From a virus (lineage: Duplodnaviria > Heunggongvirae > Uroviricota > Caudoviricetes): a stretch of 24,758 bases of DNA. Below are positions 15,565 through 23,994 of this stretch, piece after piece (the stretch's first letter is position 1; each line of letters begins with the position of its first letter). A program made the translations under genes and the position numbers. The stretch lies in IMG/VR virus record IMGVR_UViG_2698536536_000002. One strand, written 5' to 3'. Under the pieces are notes generated by a model. The model saw only the letters and a program-made list of their open reading frames with translations. It searched no databases and was not told where the DNA came from.

Positions 15565-15641
15565 TCGGTATTCAGCGTTGTTAGCTCAGCCGGACAGAGC
15601 AATTGCCTTCTAAGCAATCGGTCACTGGTTCGAATCCAGTA
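15565..15641 (+). tRNA. tRNA-Arg (UCU anticodon; argN/argO/argU-like)
   Basis: 77-nt cloverleaf: acceptor GCGTTGT/ACAGCGC (one G-U), anticodon stem ATTGC/GCAAT with loop CTTCTAA, T-stem ACTGG/CCAGT, T-loop TTCGAAT, 3' GCCA. Confidence 0.85.
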
Positions 15642-15761
15642 CAGCGCGCCATATTCATTCTTCCAGATTCCTTCCGGCAGAGCCTTATACTGGAATATAC
15701 CTGGCTCAGGATATTGTTGAAAACATAATATGTTTGTCAAAAATAAAAGTTCTGTTAAGTA

Positions 15762-16115
15762 TTGATTGAGTGTTTGTTATACGGTCTAATGGTTTTTTCA
15801 GCATTAAATATTTATCATTCATATGGTGTGGGTAGAGTGAATATTGATGAGGCGTCGGGGTGTTTCATCCTTAGGCAGCGTATTGATATAGTCAATGCAG
15901 CACGAGCAAAGGCCTTCAGCCGTTTGACAGTTTTGTTCTGTGCTCCTGATCGTCTTTCGGGAAGAGACGTTATTATTCTGAATAGTGATGCTATACAGAG
16001 GGTTTGCGATGAGTTCATGGTTGCTAATTCAGAATTATTTGCTCTTGTTCAGGAGTACAACAGAATAGCCAGGACCTGTGGTATGGATGAACTTCGGATT
16101 ACTCATCTGGGGTAG
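15762..16115 (+). CDS. Hypothetical protein (117 aa; start uncertain) at the post-tRNA moron site
   Basis: Open frame in an AT-rich segment directly downstream of the tRNAs. The track start is TTG and no convincing RBS was found. Confidence 0.3.
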   Translation: MIECLLYGLMVFSALNIYHSYGVGRVNIDEASGCFILRQRIDIVNAARAKAFSRLTVLFCAPDRLSGRDVIILNSDAIQRVCDEFMVANSELFALVQEYNRIARTCGMDELRITHLG

Positions 16116-16645
16116 ATACATATCTGGATTATCACCTGTTACGGTAAAAAGTGATTGCTTACTGTTTTTGTGAATGGCATTGCAGCAGCCGGATAATGTC
16201 AGTGCTGGCTGACGGTGTGCTGGTGGCGGGTGTGGTGGTTGCTTTCCCGTTGCTGAAAAAGAAAACGCCAGACTGTTAGCCGGGTATCAGTTAGCGGGAG
16301 AAATTTTTAAATACTTCACAATTCAGGCGGTTGACTGTTCTCTGGTTTGCGGGGAGTTTGTTAAAAGAAACTGGCATGGTGAATCCCCCTGTGCGGAGGG
16401 GCAATCAGCGAGTAGGTATATGGGATAATCGCGGATTCAGGTGCTGGTACTGAATTCACCGGGAGGCACCCGGCACCATGCACTTAAATAGATTCTCTCC
16501 ACATTATGGATATTCTTTCAGAATATCCCACGCAGACTTTGTGTAAATGTTAACAAATGTGCGTTTTATTTGATCTGATTCGCTGTTTGAGCGTCCAAAA
16601 CAACGGTATATATAATCCTTTACTATATGACATATGTGAGAAAAA

Positions 16646-17074
16646 ATGGGTTTTCGTAGCGCATCAATTCTTACGTTGATTATTAGTGGGATTATTATCG
16701 GGTGCACTGATGCTGTATCGACAAATTATCATGACCGTACATCATCTTACTCCGATAAAACAATAGAGACACAGTATGTGAGTTCATCTGAACGTACTTC
16801 TGATGTTAGTGAGGATATCCGTCTGTATGCCCATCAAATCAAGAGCGCCATCGAAAAACAGTTCGGGGATGCGAGTAAGTATTCAGGAAAAGAGTGTACA
16901 CTGAGAATGCATATGGCCCCGAATGGCCTTCTACTGGAGGTTAAAAGAGAAAGTGGAGACCTCGATTTATGTCGTGAAGCGATGAATGCGATAAAGAATG
17001 CTGATATACCTGCCCCCCCTTCGCCGGAAGTATATAAAGTATTTCAAAATGGGGTGCTGGATTTTAAACCCTGA
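16646..17074 (+). CDS. Lipoprotein with TolA C-terminal (domain III)-like domain
   Basis: Signal peptide plus lipobox (…LIISGIIIGC). C-terminal …YAHQIKSAIEKQFGDASKYSGKECTLRMHMAPNGLLLEVKRESGDLDLCREAMNAIKNADIPAPPSPEVYKVFQNGVLDFKP closely parallels the remembered C-terminus of E. coli TolA, including both cysteines and the terminal LDFKP. Candidate promoter TTGAGC-18-TATAAT at 16587-16616. Confidence 0.75.
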   Translation: MGFRSASILTLIISGIIIGCTDAVSTNYHDRTSSYSDKTIETQYVSSSERTSDVSEDIRLYAHQIKSAIEKQFGDASKYSGKECTLRMHMAPNGLLLEVKRESGDLDLCREAMNAIKNADIPAPPSPEVYKVFQNGVLDFKP

Positions 17075-17224
17075 TATTTATTGTTTTGTAATAAACGGTT
17101 TCGGCTTAGGTTTGTTCTGACACAACTACGGCACTGAGCTAAATTTAGCGGATAGTCAGCTCTGAGCCAGTGGCGGACGTAACAACTACTATTGCTGAGA
17201 TTTTAATGGATTGAGGAGCAAGAA

Positions 17225-17620
17225 GTGGGATTAAAGAAAATCGTTATGTTGACTTTTTGGGGCGGTTTTGTTGCGGGATGCACACCTTTACACCCTTCAG
17301 ATTGCCACAAAACTACTGCTACAGGTAGTTGCAGTTCAGGACGCTGGGATGATCAGGATGAATGGGGGGCGCAAGCGCGGGGAATCAGAGCTGCAATTAA
17401 TGCCAAACTTGATGAGCCGCATAACTGGAAAGGGAAAATATGCAGGTTGCATATGGAATTCTCTCAGGATGGCACGGCGTTAAAAATATCTACCAGTAAC
17501 GGTGATAAAGCCTATTGCGAAGCGATAAAGTCCGCAGCTCATAAAGCCAAATTTCCGGCCTTCAACAATCCGGAAGTCTACAGAGATTTTCAGAAATCTG
17601 GCTTTGACATGCGAGGTTAG
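17225..17620 (+). CDS. Lipoprotein, diverged paralogue of the TolA domain III-like lipoprotein
   Basis: GTG start with GAGGAG RBS. Signal peptide plus lipobox (…FVAGC). C-terminal domain keeps the same Cys…Cys spacing and PEVY motif (…ICRLHMEFSQDGTALKISTSNGDKAYCEAIKSAAHKAKFPAFNNPEVYRDFQKSGFDMR). Confidence 0.65.
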   Translation: MGLKKIVMLTFWGGFVAGCTPLHPSDCHKTTATGSCSSGRWDDQDEWGAQARGIRAAINAKLDEPHNWKGKICRLHMEFSQDGTALKISTSNGDKAYCEAIKSAAHKAKFPAFNNPEVYRDFQKSGFDMRG

Positions 17621-17871
17621 CTCTTCAATTACTATATCTCATTCATAGCAAACTGACAGATTTGATGATGTTCTATATACGAAACCTGTGATGTCAAGTC
17701 TGAGCTAATACAAATAAACATAATATCAGAGAAATACATTTTATTAGCTCGCTACGGCGAGCTTTTTATATTGCATCGTCTCCAGCATATATATCAATTA
17801 AGGCTCTGATTGATGTGTCTGGAAGCCTACACATAATAACTATGCCATCCGTTCCGTGCGGAGGTGAGGCT

Positions 17872-18087
17872 ATGAAATCCATGGACAAAATTTCAACAGG
17901 CATTGCCTACGGCACCTCCGCAGGCAGTGCTGGCTACTGGTTTTTACAGCTGCTCGATAAAGTCACGCCCTCACAGTGGGCAGCAATAGGTGTGCTGGGT
18001 AGCCTGGTATTTGGCCTGCTGACGTACCTGACAAACCTTTATTTCAAGATTAAAGAAGACAAGCGTAAGGCTGCACGGGGAGAGTAA
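17872..18087 (+). CDS. Class II holin (phage 21 S-type pinholin-like) with dual-start motif
   Basis: 71 aa, [71 protein letters not shown], with two TM segments and a charged C-terminus. Met-Lys-Ser-Met dual start and GGAGGTGAGG RBS. Closely resembles my recollection of S21. Confidence 0.85.
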   Translation: MKSMDKISTGIAYGTSAGSAGYWFLQLLDKVTPSQWAAIGVLGSLVFGLLTYLTNLYFKIKEDKRKAARGE

Positions 18088-18091
18088 TTCA

Positions 18092-18436
18092 ATGACTCAA
18101 AAATATGAACTGATTGTGAAAGGGATCCGCAATTTTGAGAATAAAGTTACGGTAACTTTAGCGTTACGGGACAAAGAACGCTTTGACGGTGAAATTTTTG
18201 ACCTGGACATCTCGCTGGACCGTGTTGAAGGTGCCGCGCTGGAGTTTTATGAGGCAGCAGCCAGAAGGAGCATCAGACAGGTCTTCCTGGATGTTGCTGC
18301 CGGGTTATGTGAAGGGGATGAGCTGTCGCCGGAAAAGCGCCCCATAATTTTAGAGGCGCAGAATGTGTGGATAACCTACAAAGGAAAGCTACCGGGAAGA
18401 ATTACTGGTTCTCTGAAGACTCCGCCGAAATGGTAA
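18092..18436 (+). CDS. ydfR: YdfR-like protein (DUF1327-type) between holin and endolysin
   Basis: 114 aa beginning MTQKYELIVKGIRNFENKVTVTLALRDKERFDGEIFDLD…. Same position as ydfR between essQ and rrrQ in Qin. Confidence 0.65.
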   Translation: MTQKYELIVKGIRNFENKVTVTLALRDKERFDGEIFDLDISLDRVEGAALEFYEAAARRSIRQVFLDVAAGLCEGDELSPEKRPIILEAQNVWITYKGKLPGRITGSLKTPPKW

Positions 18437-18674
18437 TTTCACCAGCATATTTTTCTTCCAGTAATACCGCCAGCCACTTGAAAGAATTTTGTTGTTGCTG
18501 GGACCATTTGGGGTTGAGTGATTCAAGCTGGAGCGATGCCAGTGTTGGTTGCATTTGTTCCTTGGGAATTGAGAATGCCAGATATGAAAATGCGACAGTA
18601 AGGGCATTTACATCATCCCGAAGCTTGGAAATGCAGTCGAGCAACTCCTGTAGAGAAATGGTGCTATTGTCCAT
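18402..18674 (-). CDS. Hypothetical 90-aa protein encoded antisense within the lysis cassette
   Basis: ATG at 18674 with GAGAGG RBS about 8 nt upstream. Product looks protein-like (MDNSTISLQELLDCISKLRDDVNALTVAFSYLAFSIPKEQMQPTLASLQLESLNPKW…). The plus-strand ORF over the same DNA is Ser/Cys-rich and looks spurious. Confidence 0.35.
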   Translation of the reverse strand: MDNSTISLQELLDCISKLRDDVNALTVAFSYLAFSIPKEQMQPTLASLQLESLNPKWSQQQQNSFKWLAVLLEEKYAGEITISAESSENQ

Positions 18675-18779
18675 AAACAATCCTCTCTATTGTATTTAAC
18701 TATTCCTTGCCTGATTCAACAGGCCGGGACAGATAAACATATCCAGGGTTCAGAAACCGATAAACCCTGATAAATATCC

Positions 18780-19313
18780 ATGAACGTAAAAATCAGATAC
18801 GGCCTGTCGGCTGCCGTTCTGGCACTGATTGCCGTCGGTGCGCCTGCGCCTGATATTCTCGACCAGTTTCTGAATGAAAAAGAAGGTAACCACACAACGG
18901 CATACCGCGATGGTTCCGGCATCTGGACCATCTGTCGGGGTGCCACGGTGGTGGATGGAAAACCCGTTTTTCCCGGTATGAAACTGTCGAAGGAAAAATG
19001 CGACCAGGTTAACGCCATTGAACGGGATAAGGCGCTGGCATGGGTGGAGCGCAATATTAAAGTGCCACTGACCGAACCACAGAAAGCGGGTATAGCGTCA
19101 TTTTGTCCCTATAACATTGGCCCAGGTAAGTGTTTTCCGTCGACATTTTATAAGCGGCTGAATGCTGGTGATCGAAAAGGCGCCTGCGAGGCGATTCGCT
19201 GGTGGATTAAGGATGGTGGCAGAGACTGCCGTATTCGTTCCAATAGCTGCTTCGGGCAAGTTTCGCGTCGGGACCAAGAAAGTGTGCTGGCGTGCTGGGG
19301 GATAGACCAGTGA
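18780..19313 (+). CDS. SAR endolysin (T4-lysozyme-like muramidase, GH24)
   Basis: 177 aa. N-terminal weakly hydrophobic Gly/Ala-rich signal-anchor-release segment ([16 protein letters not shown]). Catalytic E…D…T context (…[22 protein letters not shown]…). Follows a pinholin, as in phage 21. Confidence 0.85.
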   Translation: MNVKIRYGLSAAVLALIAVGAPAPDILDQFLNEKEGNHTTAYRDGSGIWTICRGATVVDGKPVFPGMKLSKEKCDQVNAIERDKALAWVERNIKVPLTEPQKAGIASFCPYNIGPGKCFPSTFYKRLNAGDRKGACEAIRWWIKDGGRDCRIRSNSCFGQVSRRDQESVLACWGIDQ

Positions 19314-19318
19314 ATAAC

Positions 19319-19831
19319 ATGTTTGCTAATGCTTGGTTGAAAGTTGCCACGGTTTCGGCTCTCCTCATTGCCTCATTTGTTGCAGGGAGTGTGTGGACGG
19401 AACGAGCATGGGAAAAGAAATGGGCGGATCGTAATAGTGAAGAATCCTCTCAGGCTGTGAACGCTCAGATAGCTGCTCGTATGATTGAACAAGGGCGAGT
19501 GATCGCTCGTGATGAGGCTGTTAAAAATGCACAAGAACAGGCTGCAAAAGCGGCTGCGAATGTTGCTGGCCTGTCTGCCACTGTTAACCAGCTGCGCACC
19601 GAAGCAACAAAACTTACCGTCCGCTTGGACGCTGCAAAGCACACCTCAGGTCTTGCCGTTGCCGTCGGAAGCAAAACAACCGCCACCAACGCCGCGATGC
19701 TTGCCGACATGCTCGGAAGTATTGCAGAAGAAGCTAGATACTATGCTGGGCGAGCTGATGAAAGTTACTTGGCTGGAATGACATGTGAACACATTTACGG
19801 CTCAGTGAGGGACTCAAGTAGTGTTAAATAG
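19319..19831 (+). CDS. Inner-membrane spanin Rz-like (i-spanin)
   Basis: N-terminal TM segment ([21 protein letters not shown]) followed by an Ala/Gln-rich coiled-coil periplasmic domain. Starts 6 nt after the endolysin stop. Contains an embedded +1-frame lipoprotein ORF. Confidence 0.65.
   Translation: MFANAWLKVATVSALLIASFVAGSVWTERAWEKKWADRNSEESSQAVNAQIAARMIEQGRVIARDEAVKNAQEQAAKAAANVAGLSATVNQLRTEATKLTVRLDAAKHTSGLAVAVGSKTTATNAAMLADMLGSIAEEARYYAGRADESYLAGMTCEHIYGSVRDSSSVK
19560..19781 (+). CDS. Outer-membrane spanin Rz1-like (o-spanin) nested in Rz
   Basis: Embedded +1-frame ORF with lipoprotein signal and lipobox ([12 protein letters not shown]) and a Pro-rich mature region (…[15 protein letters not shown]…), the classic Rz1 architecture. 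Confidence 0.65.
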   Translation: MLLACLPLLTSCAPKQQNLPSAWTLQSTPQVLPLPSEAKQPPPTPRCLPTCSEVLQKKLDTMLGELMKVTWLE

Positions 19832-20019
19832 CTGGTATGATGATGTTGAGAAGGCGGCACAGCAGGAGCTGTAATCGACGAGTGCTAATCTAGCACAATT
19901 GAGTTCACAAATTGTCTACTTTTGCTATATTGCAACCGATGCCAACAGCCTTTTTTGAGCAAAAATCATAAATGTTATCGTGTTGGCAGTTTTTTTCTTT
20001 GACGACACGGAATGATTTT

Positions 20020-20442
20020 ATGTCAGAAGTAGCTGTTGAACTTGAAGAGGATTCTTGGCCTGATTTTTTCCCGGTTGGAGTACCGCCGAAATCAGCCGTC
20101 CCTGCTGAGGGCGAGTTTTTCCGTTTGGTAAGGTCTAATCCACCAACCCCTGCATGTTTCCTCTCTACACATGAAGAGTATCCGCAGCGGCACAAAAAGT
20201 ATCGTGGGGAAGCACTTCAGTGTGTCTATGGAACATCATTCTTTTCAGAATCGCGCGGGGCTACGGATGCAAAAGCTAAATTTCCTGCAGCTCTTGGTCA
20301 TCGACTCGTTGCTAGTGGTCAGATCACCCCCGTTTTCGGAGTAATGAAAAAAACATTTGCCGATCCAGCGCACTACACAATTTGGCTTAAGCGTAATTGT
20401 GCTATTCATGAACATTTTCACTGTATAGGAGAAGGCGTATGA
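20020..20442 (+). CDS. Hypothetical 140-aa protein (first gene of unknown two-gene cargo operon)
   Basis: ATG at 20020. Stop overlaps the start of the next gene (ATGA at 20439-20442). No recognised domain. C-terminal HEHFHC cluster could bind metal (speculative). Confidence 0.5.
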   Translation: MSEVAVELEEDSWPDFFPVGVPPKSAVPAEGEFFRLVRSNPPTPACFLSTHEEYPQRHKKYRGEALQCVYGTSFFSESRGATDAKAKFPAALGHRLVASGQITPVFGVMKKTFADPAHYTIWLKRNCAIHEHFHCIGEGV

Positions 20443-21731
20443 GTAACGTTTTTCTACCTAATACAATGATGGGCACTCTATGTTACAAAAGAGTTTATGA
20501 GTTCTTCGAAGAGCCTCGCTTCTTTTCAGTTGAAAATGAAGTTAGTACACTTTTTATCGTTTACTGGATTGGTGAGGATGATGAATGTGATAGTTGGTTT
20601 ATCATACCAATTTCTCCAGGGCGATTAGAGTTGATTGAAAGAAAAAGAATATGTATCCGTGATGCTTTGATTAATCAGGAGCAAAACTTTTTCTATGAAG
20701 CCCATATACCATACGATCGTACAGGCAAAGTGACTTGGCTGAGTAAAAACTTGGTTGATATATTTGAAATACCTTTGCCTGTTTCTGAACTATATATAAG
20801 TTCGGTAGTTCCAGTAATGCCAAATGGTAAACTGGGCGAGGCTATTACTTACTCAACTCATGAGATCCATTTAGAAAAAAGCTCAAAGAAAAGTGCAAAA
20901 AATTTGGTTTTAAGTCATGTGTCAAACGTATGCGACAGATTCAGCGATCTTTATGACAGAATGCTGGAGATGGCAAAGTGCAAAGATAAATTACGTCCTG
21001 TCGATGCGCGGCCTGGTTCCTTTATCATTTCTTTTAAAGCTGAGAAATTACATTCCTTTGAAGACACTTTTAAAGAATTAAGCAGGCTGATAGAACTTAG
21101 AGCTGATATTATTCCTTTTGTTTTCGAAAAGGGTATTGATGTTCCAGCTTTGACAGATCTCTTACAATCCATAGTTGAAACCGGAACGAATATGGAACTC
21201 AAAAGCAACCAGACAGGTGAATTAGCTTTTGTTATTACAAAAGCTGGTGCTGAGTTCTATTTAAAAAAATTATCACGTCTTTCTACCTCATTGGTTGGAG
21301 GGCATCAAATACCTCAAGCAGATGTCCTCGAGACAGTTTATAAATTAGTGGAAATTGTTTGGAGTGGCGAACCACTTACTCCTATTAATACTGGTTTGCA
21401 AGATAGACATATCTACTATTATAAGCATGCAGCTAAAGTTTTGGGATTACTTGATAGCTTTGGTAATGTCACAACGTCTGGTCAACAACTCGTACAAAGT
21501 GATGAGATGACTAGACATAAAATTGCAGCGAGAAAATTTGAAGTGAGTCATGTGGGATGGGCTTGGATAAATTGGGCCAGTGTTGAACATTTATCCCAAA
21601 TTGATCCTGACAGCGCTTTAGACTTTCTATTGGAGCAATGCCACTCTTTAAGTCGTGATACTATTGAACGACGTGCTACAACTATTAAACACTGGTGCCG
21701 TGAATTGAAAAATTATTATACACCTCTGTAA
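20439..21731 (+). CDS. Hypothetical 430-aa protein (second gene of unknown two-gene cargo operon)
   Basis: Long AT-rich ORF translationally coupled to the upstream gene and followed by an intrinsic terminator. No recognisable catalytic motif by eye. Confidence 0.7.
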   Translation: MSNVFLPNTMMGTLCYKRVYEFFEEPRFFSVENEVSTLFIVYWIGEDDECDSWFIIPISPGRLELIERKRICIRDALINQEQNFFYEAHIPYDRTGKVTWLSKNLVDIFEIPLPVSELYISSVVPVMPNGKLGEAITYSTHEIHLEKSSKKSAKNLVLSHVSNVCDRFSDLYDRMLEMAKCKDKLRPVDARPGSFIISFKAEKLHSFEDTFKELSRLIELRADIIPFVFEKGIDVPALTDLLQSIVETGTNMELKSNQTGELAFVITKAGAEFYLKKLSRLSTSLVGGHQIPQADVLETVYKLVEIVWSGEPLTPINTGLQDRHIYYYKHAAKVLGLLDSFGNVTTSGQQLVQSDEMTRHKIAARKFEVSHVGWAWINWASVEHLSQIDPDSALDFLLEQCHSLSRDTIERRATTIKHWCRELKNYYTPL

Positions 21732-21756
21732 AGGATAATTTTCGTAGTTAACAATG

Positions 21757-21784
21757 AACCACTGACGTCTGTCGGTGGTTTTTT
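21757..21784 (+). terminator. Rho-independent terminator after the two-gene cargo operon
   Basis: AACCACTGAC-GTCT-GTCGGTGGTT hairpin (10-bp stem, one G-U) followed by TTTTTT. Confidence 0.5.
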
Positions 21785-22045
21785 AATAGATAATTTCCCA
21801 CTTATCCACTTGATTTTTGATGGGTCCTCCAAGTGGGGGGCCTGCCACGGGGCGGGAGCGTCGCGGAAAAAGGCTAGTTTTTGCATTTCCATGGTGGCGG
21901 CAGCATGTTTGGTAATTTATTGATAATTAAAAGTTATTTCTCTTTTCAGCTGTACAATATTTTTTTCTCCCTGTCATTAGACTAGTTTGCAATTAATTGA
22001 AATATATAAATAAACCTGATTTTCACCTGCCAGATGGAGTTGCTT

Positions 22046-22573
22046 ATGTCAAATGTGAGCGGGATCGGTGATGCTTATTACTGGAGTGTTTTTAAAATCG
22101 CCGAGGCCTTTGGGCTTCACCGGGACACAGTAAAAAAACGGCTCCTCGCGGCCAACACTCCTGTGGCTGCGACTGTCAGGGGGAACCCCGTTTACGCCCT
22201 GCAGCATGTCGGGCCTGCCCTGTTTAGTGTGAAGCATGAGGCAGCAGACTCTGTTCATGATCCATCCCGTATGGAGCCGAAAGAGAGAAAGGACTGGTAC
22301 CAGTCGGAAAATGAAAGGATCAAGTTGGAAAAGGAGCAGCGAAAACTCATCCCAGTTGATGAAGTAGTCATCGTCTATTCGTCCATGAGAAAGGCTGTCG
22401 TCCAGGTTCTGGAGACAATTCCGGATGTTCTTGAACGCGATTGCGCCCTGACTCCTCAGGCCGTTGGCGTTGTACAGCAGGCCATTGATGACCTGCGATA
22501 CACTCTTCAGGAAAAATCCTACGAGGCTTGTGCTGCTGAATTAATTCCTGATGAGGAAGGAGAGAGTCTCTAG
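22046..22573 (+). CDS. Terminase small subunit (Nu1-like)
   Basis: ATG at 22046 preceded by GGAG. N-terminal winged-HTH-like segment (…YYWSVFKIAEAFGLHRDTVKKRL…) and acidic C-terminus. Immediately upstream of the large terminase gene. Confidence 0.7.
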   Translation: MSNVSGIGDAYYWSVFKIAEAFGLHRDTVKKRLLAANTPVAATVRGNPVYALQHVGPALFSVKHEAADSVHDPSRMEPKERKDWYQSENERIKLEKEQRKLIPVDEVVIVYSSMRKAVVQVLETIPDVLERDCALTPQAVGVVQQAIDDLRYTLQEKSYEACAAELIPDEEGESL

Positions 22574-22581
22574 GAGGAATA

Positions 22582-23994
22582 ATGGGTTTTTCATCAGCCC
22601 GAAATTTGGGAAGGGACATATCGGCAGGATTTTCCCCACCACGTCGCATGCCGATTTCGGAGGCTGTTAAAAAATTCATGCGTGTTCCCAAGGGGGCTGG
22701 TAACTCGGTGCCATGGGATCCTGAACTGACACCCTACATCATTGAGCCCATGAACTGCCTGGCATCGCGTGAATACGATGCGGTGATTTTTGTTGGTCCT
22801 GCGCGAACAGGGAAGACCATTGGTCTGATCGATGGATGGATTGTCTATACCATCGTTTGCGATCCTTCGGACATGCTCGTTGTGCAGATGACCGAAGATA
22901 AGGCCCGCGAGCATTCAAAAAAGCGCCTCGACAGAACGTTCAGAAGCAGTGCGGCGGTAAAGAAAAGAATGAGTCCACGTCGTAATGACAATAATGTCCA
23001 TGATAAGACGTTCAGGGATGGCTCGTTCCTTAAAATTGGTTGGCCCTCGGTCAACATTATGTCGTCGTCGGATTACCGGTTTGTCGCCTTAACCGATTAC
23101 GACCGTTTTCCGGAGAATATCGACAGCGAGGGTGATGGTTTCTCCCTGGCCTCAAAACGTACCACCACATTTATGTCCGCCGGGATGACTCTGGTGGAGA
23201 GCTCGCCGGGACGTGACATCTGCGACAGCAAATGGCGACGTAAGTCGCCTCATGAAGCGCCACCGACGACTGGTATTCTTTCCCTTTACAATCGTGGTGA
23301 CCGCCGCCGCTGGTACTGGCCATGTCCGCACTGCGGTGAATATTTTCAGCCAGCCATGGATGCCATGACCGGCTACCGTAATGAACCGGATCCCTTTAAA
23401 GCCAGTGAGGCGGCGTATCTACTTTGCCCGCACTGCAGCGGCATTATCACTGCGGAGAAAAAGCGTGAGCTCAATAGTGCAGGAGTCTGGTTGCGTGAAG
23501 GTCAGGTCATTGATTGTAACGGCAACGTTTCCGGTGAACCGCGCCGCTCCCGTATCGCCAGTTTCTGGATGGAAGGGCCAGCTGCTGCGTATCAGACCTG
23601 GGCGCAACTGGTTTACAAATTACTGACTGCAGAACAGGAGTATGAAGCGACAGGAAGTGAAGAAACACTCAGGGCGGTTATCAACACCGACTGGGGATTA
23701 CCTTATCTTCCCCGCGCCAGCATGGAGCAACGAAAAAGTGAACTGCTTGAGCAGCGGGCAGAGCCAGTTCCTTCCCGCAGTGTGCCAGATGGCGTTAATT
23801 TTCTTGTGGCGACAGTGGATGTGCAGGCGGGACGTCATCGCCGTTTTGTGGTTCAGGTAACGGGCTATGGCAGCCGTGGCGAACGCTGGATTATTGATCG
23901 TTACAACATCACGCAGTCATTGCGCGGTGACAGCGACGGGGAGAGCCAGCGAATTGATCCGGCCAGCTACCGTTCCTGGCGAGCGTTGTCGTGA
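22582..23994 (+). pseudogene. Terminase large subunit (lambda gpA-like), C-terminally truncated
   Basis: AGGAGG RBS. Walker-A-like VGPARTGKT and a Cys/His cluster (…WYWPCPHCGEYF…LCPHCSGII…) parallel lambda gpA. The ORF stops after 470 aa, against about 640 for gpA, exactly where host-like transporter sequence begins. Confidence 0.75.

Noticed and set aside
15453-15740. ORFs of 95 aa (minus) and 64 aa (plus) overlapping the tRNA genes
   Set aside because: They overlap two well-formed tRNA cloverleaves and lack RBS; artefacts of ORF calling across structured RNA genes.
15650-17700. Shiga-toxin or other AB5 toxin genes at the Q-tRNA downstream locus
   Set aside because: None of the ORFs here resembles StxA (N-glycosidase) or StxB. 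The locus instead carries an unknown ORF and two TolA-like lipoproteins.
18367-18699. Plus-strand 110-aa ORF between the YdfR-like gene and the endolysin
   Set aside because: Ser/Cys-rich low-complexity translation without an RBS. The minus-strand ORF over the same DNA has a better RBS and more protein-like sequence.
19905-20195. Minus-strand 96-aa ORF overlapping the start of the 140-aa cargo gene
   Set aside because: Antisense to the promoter and 5' end of the plus-strand operon, Ser-rich, with no RBS; likely spurious.
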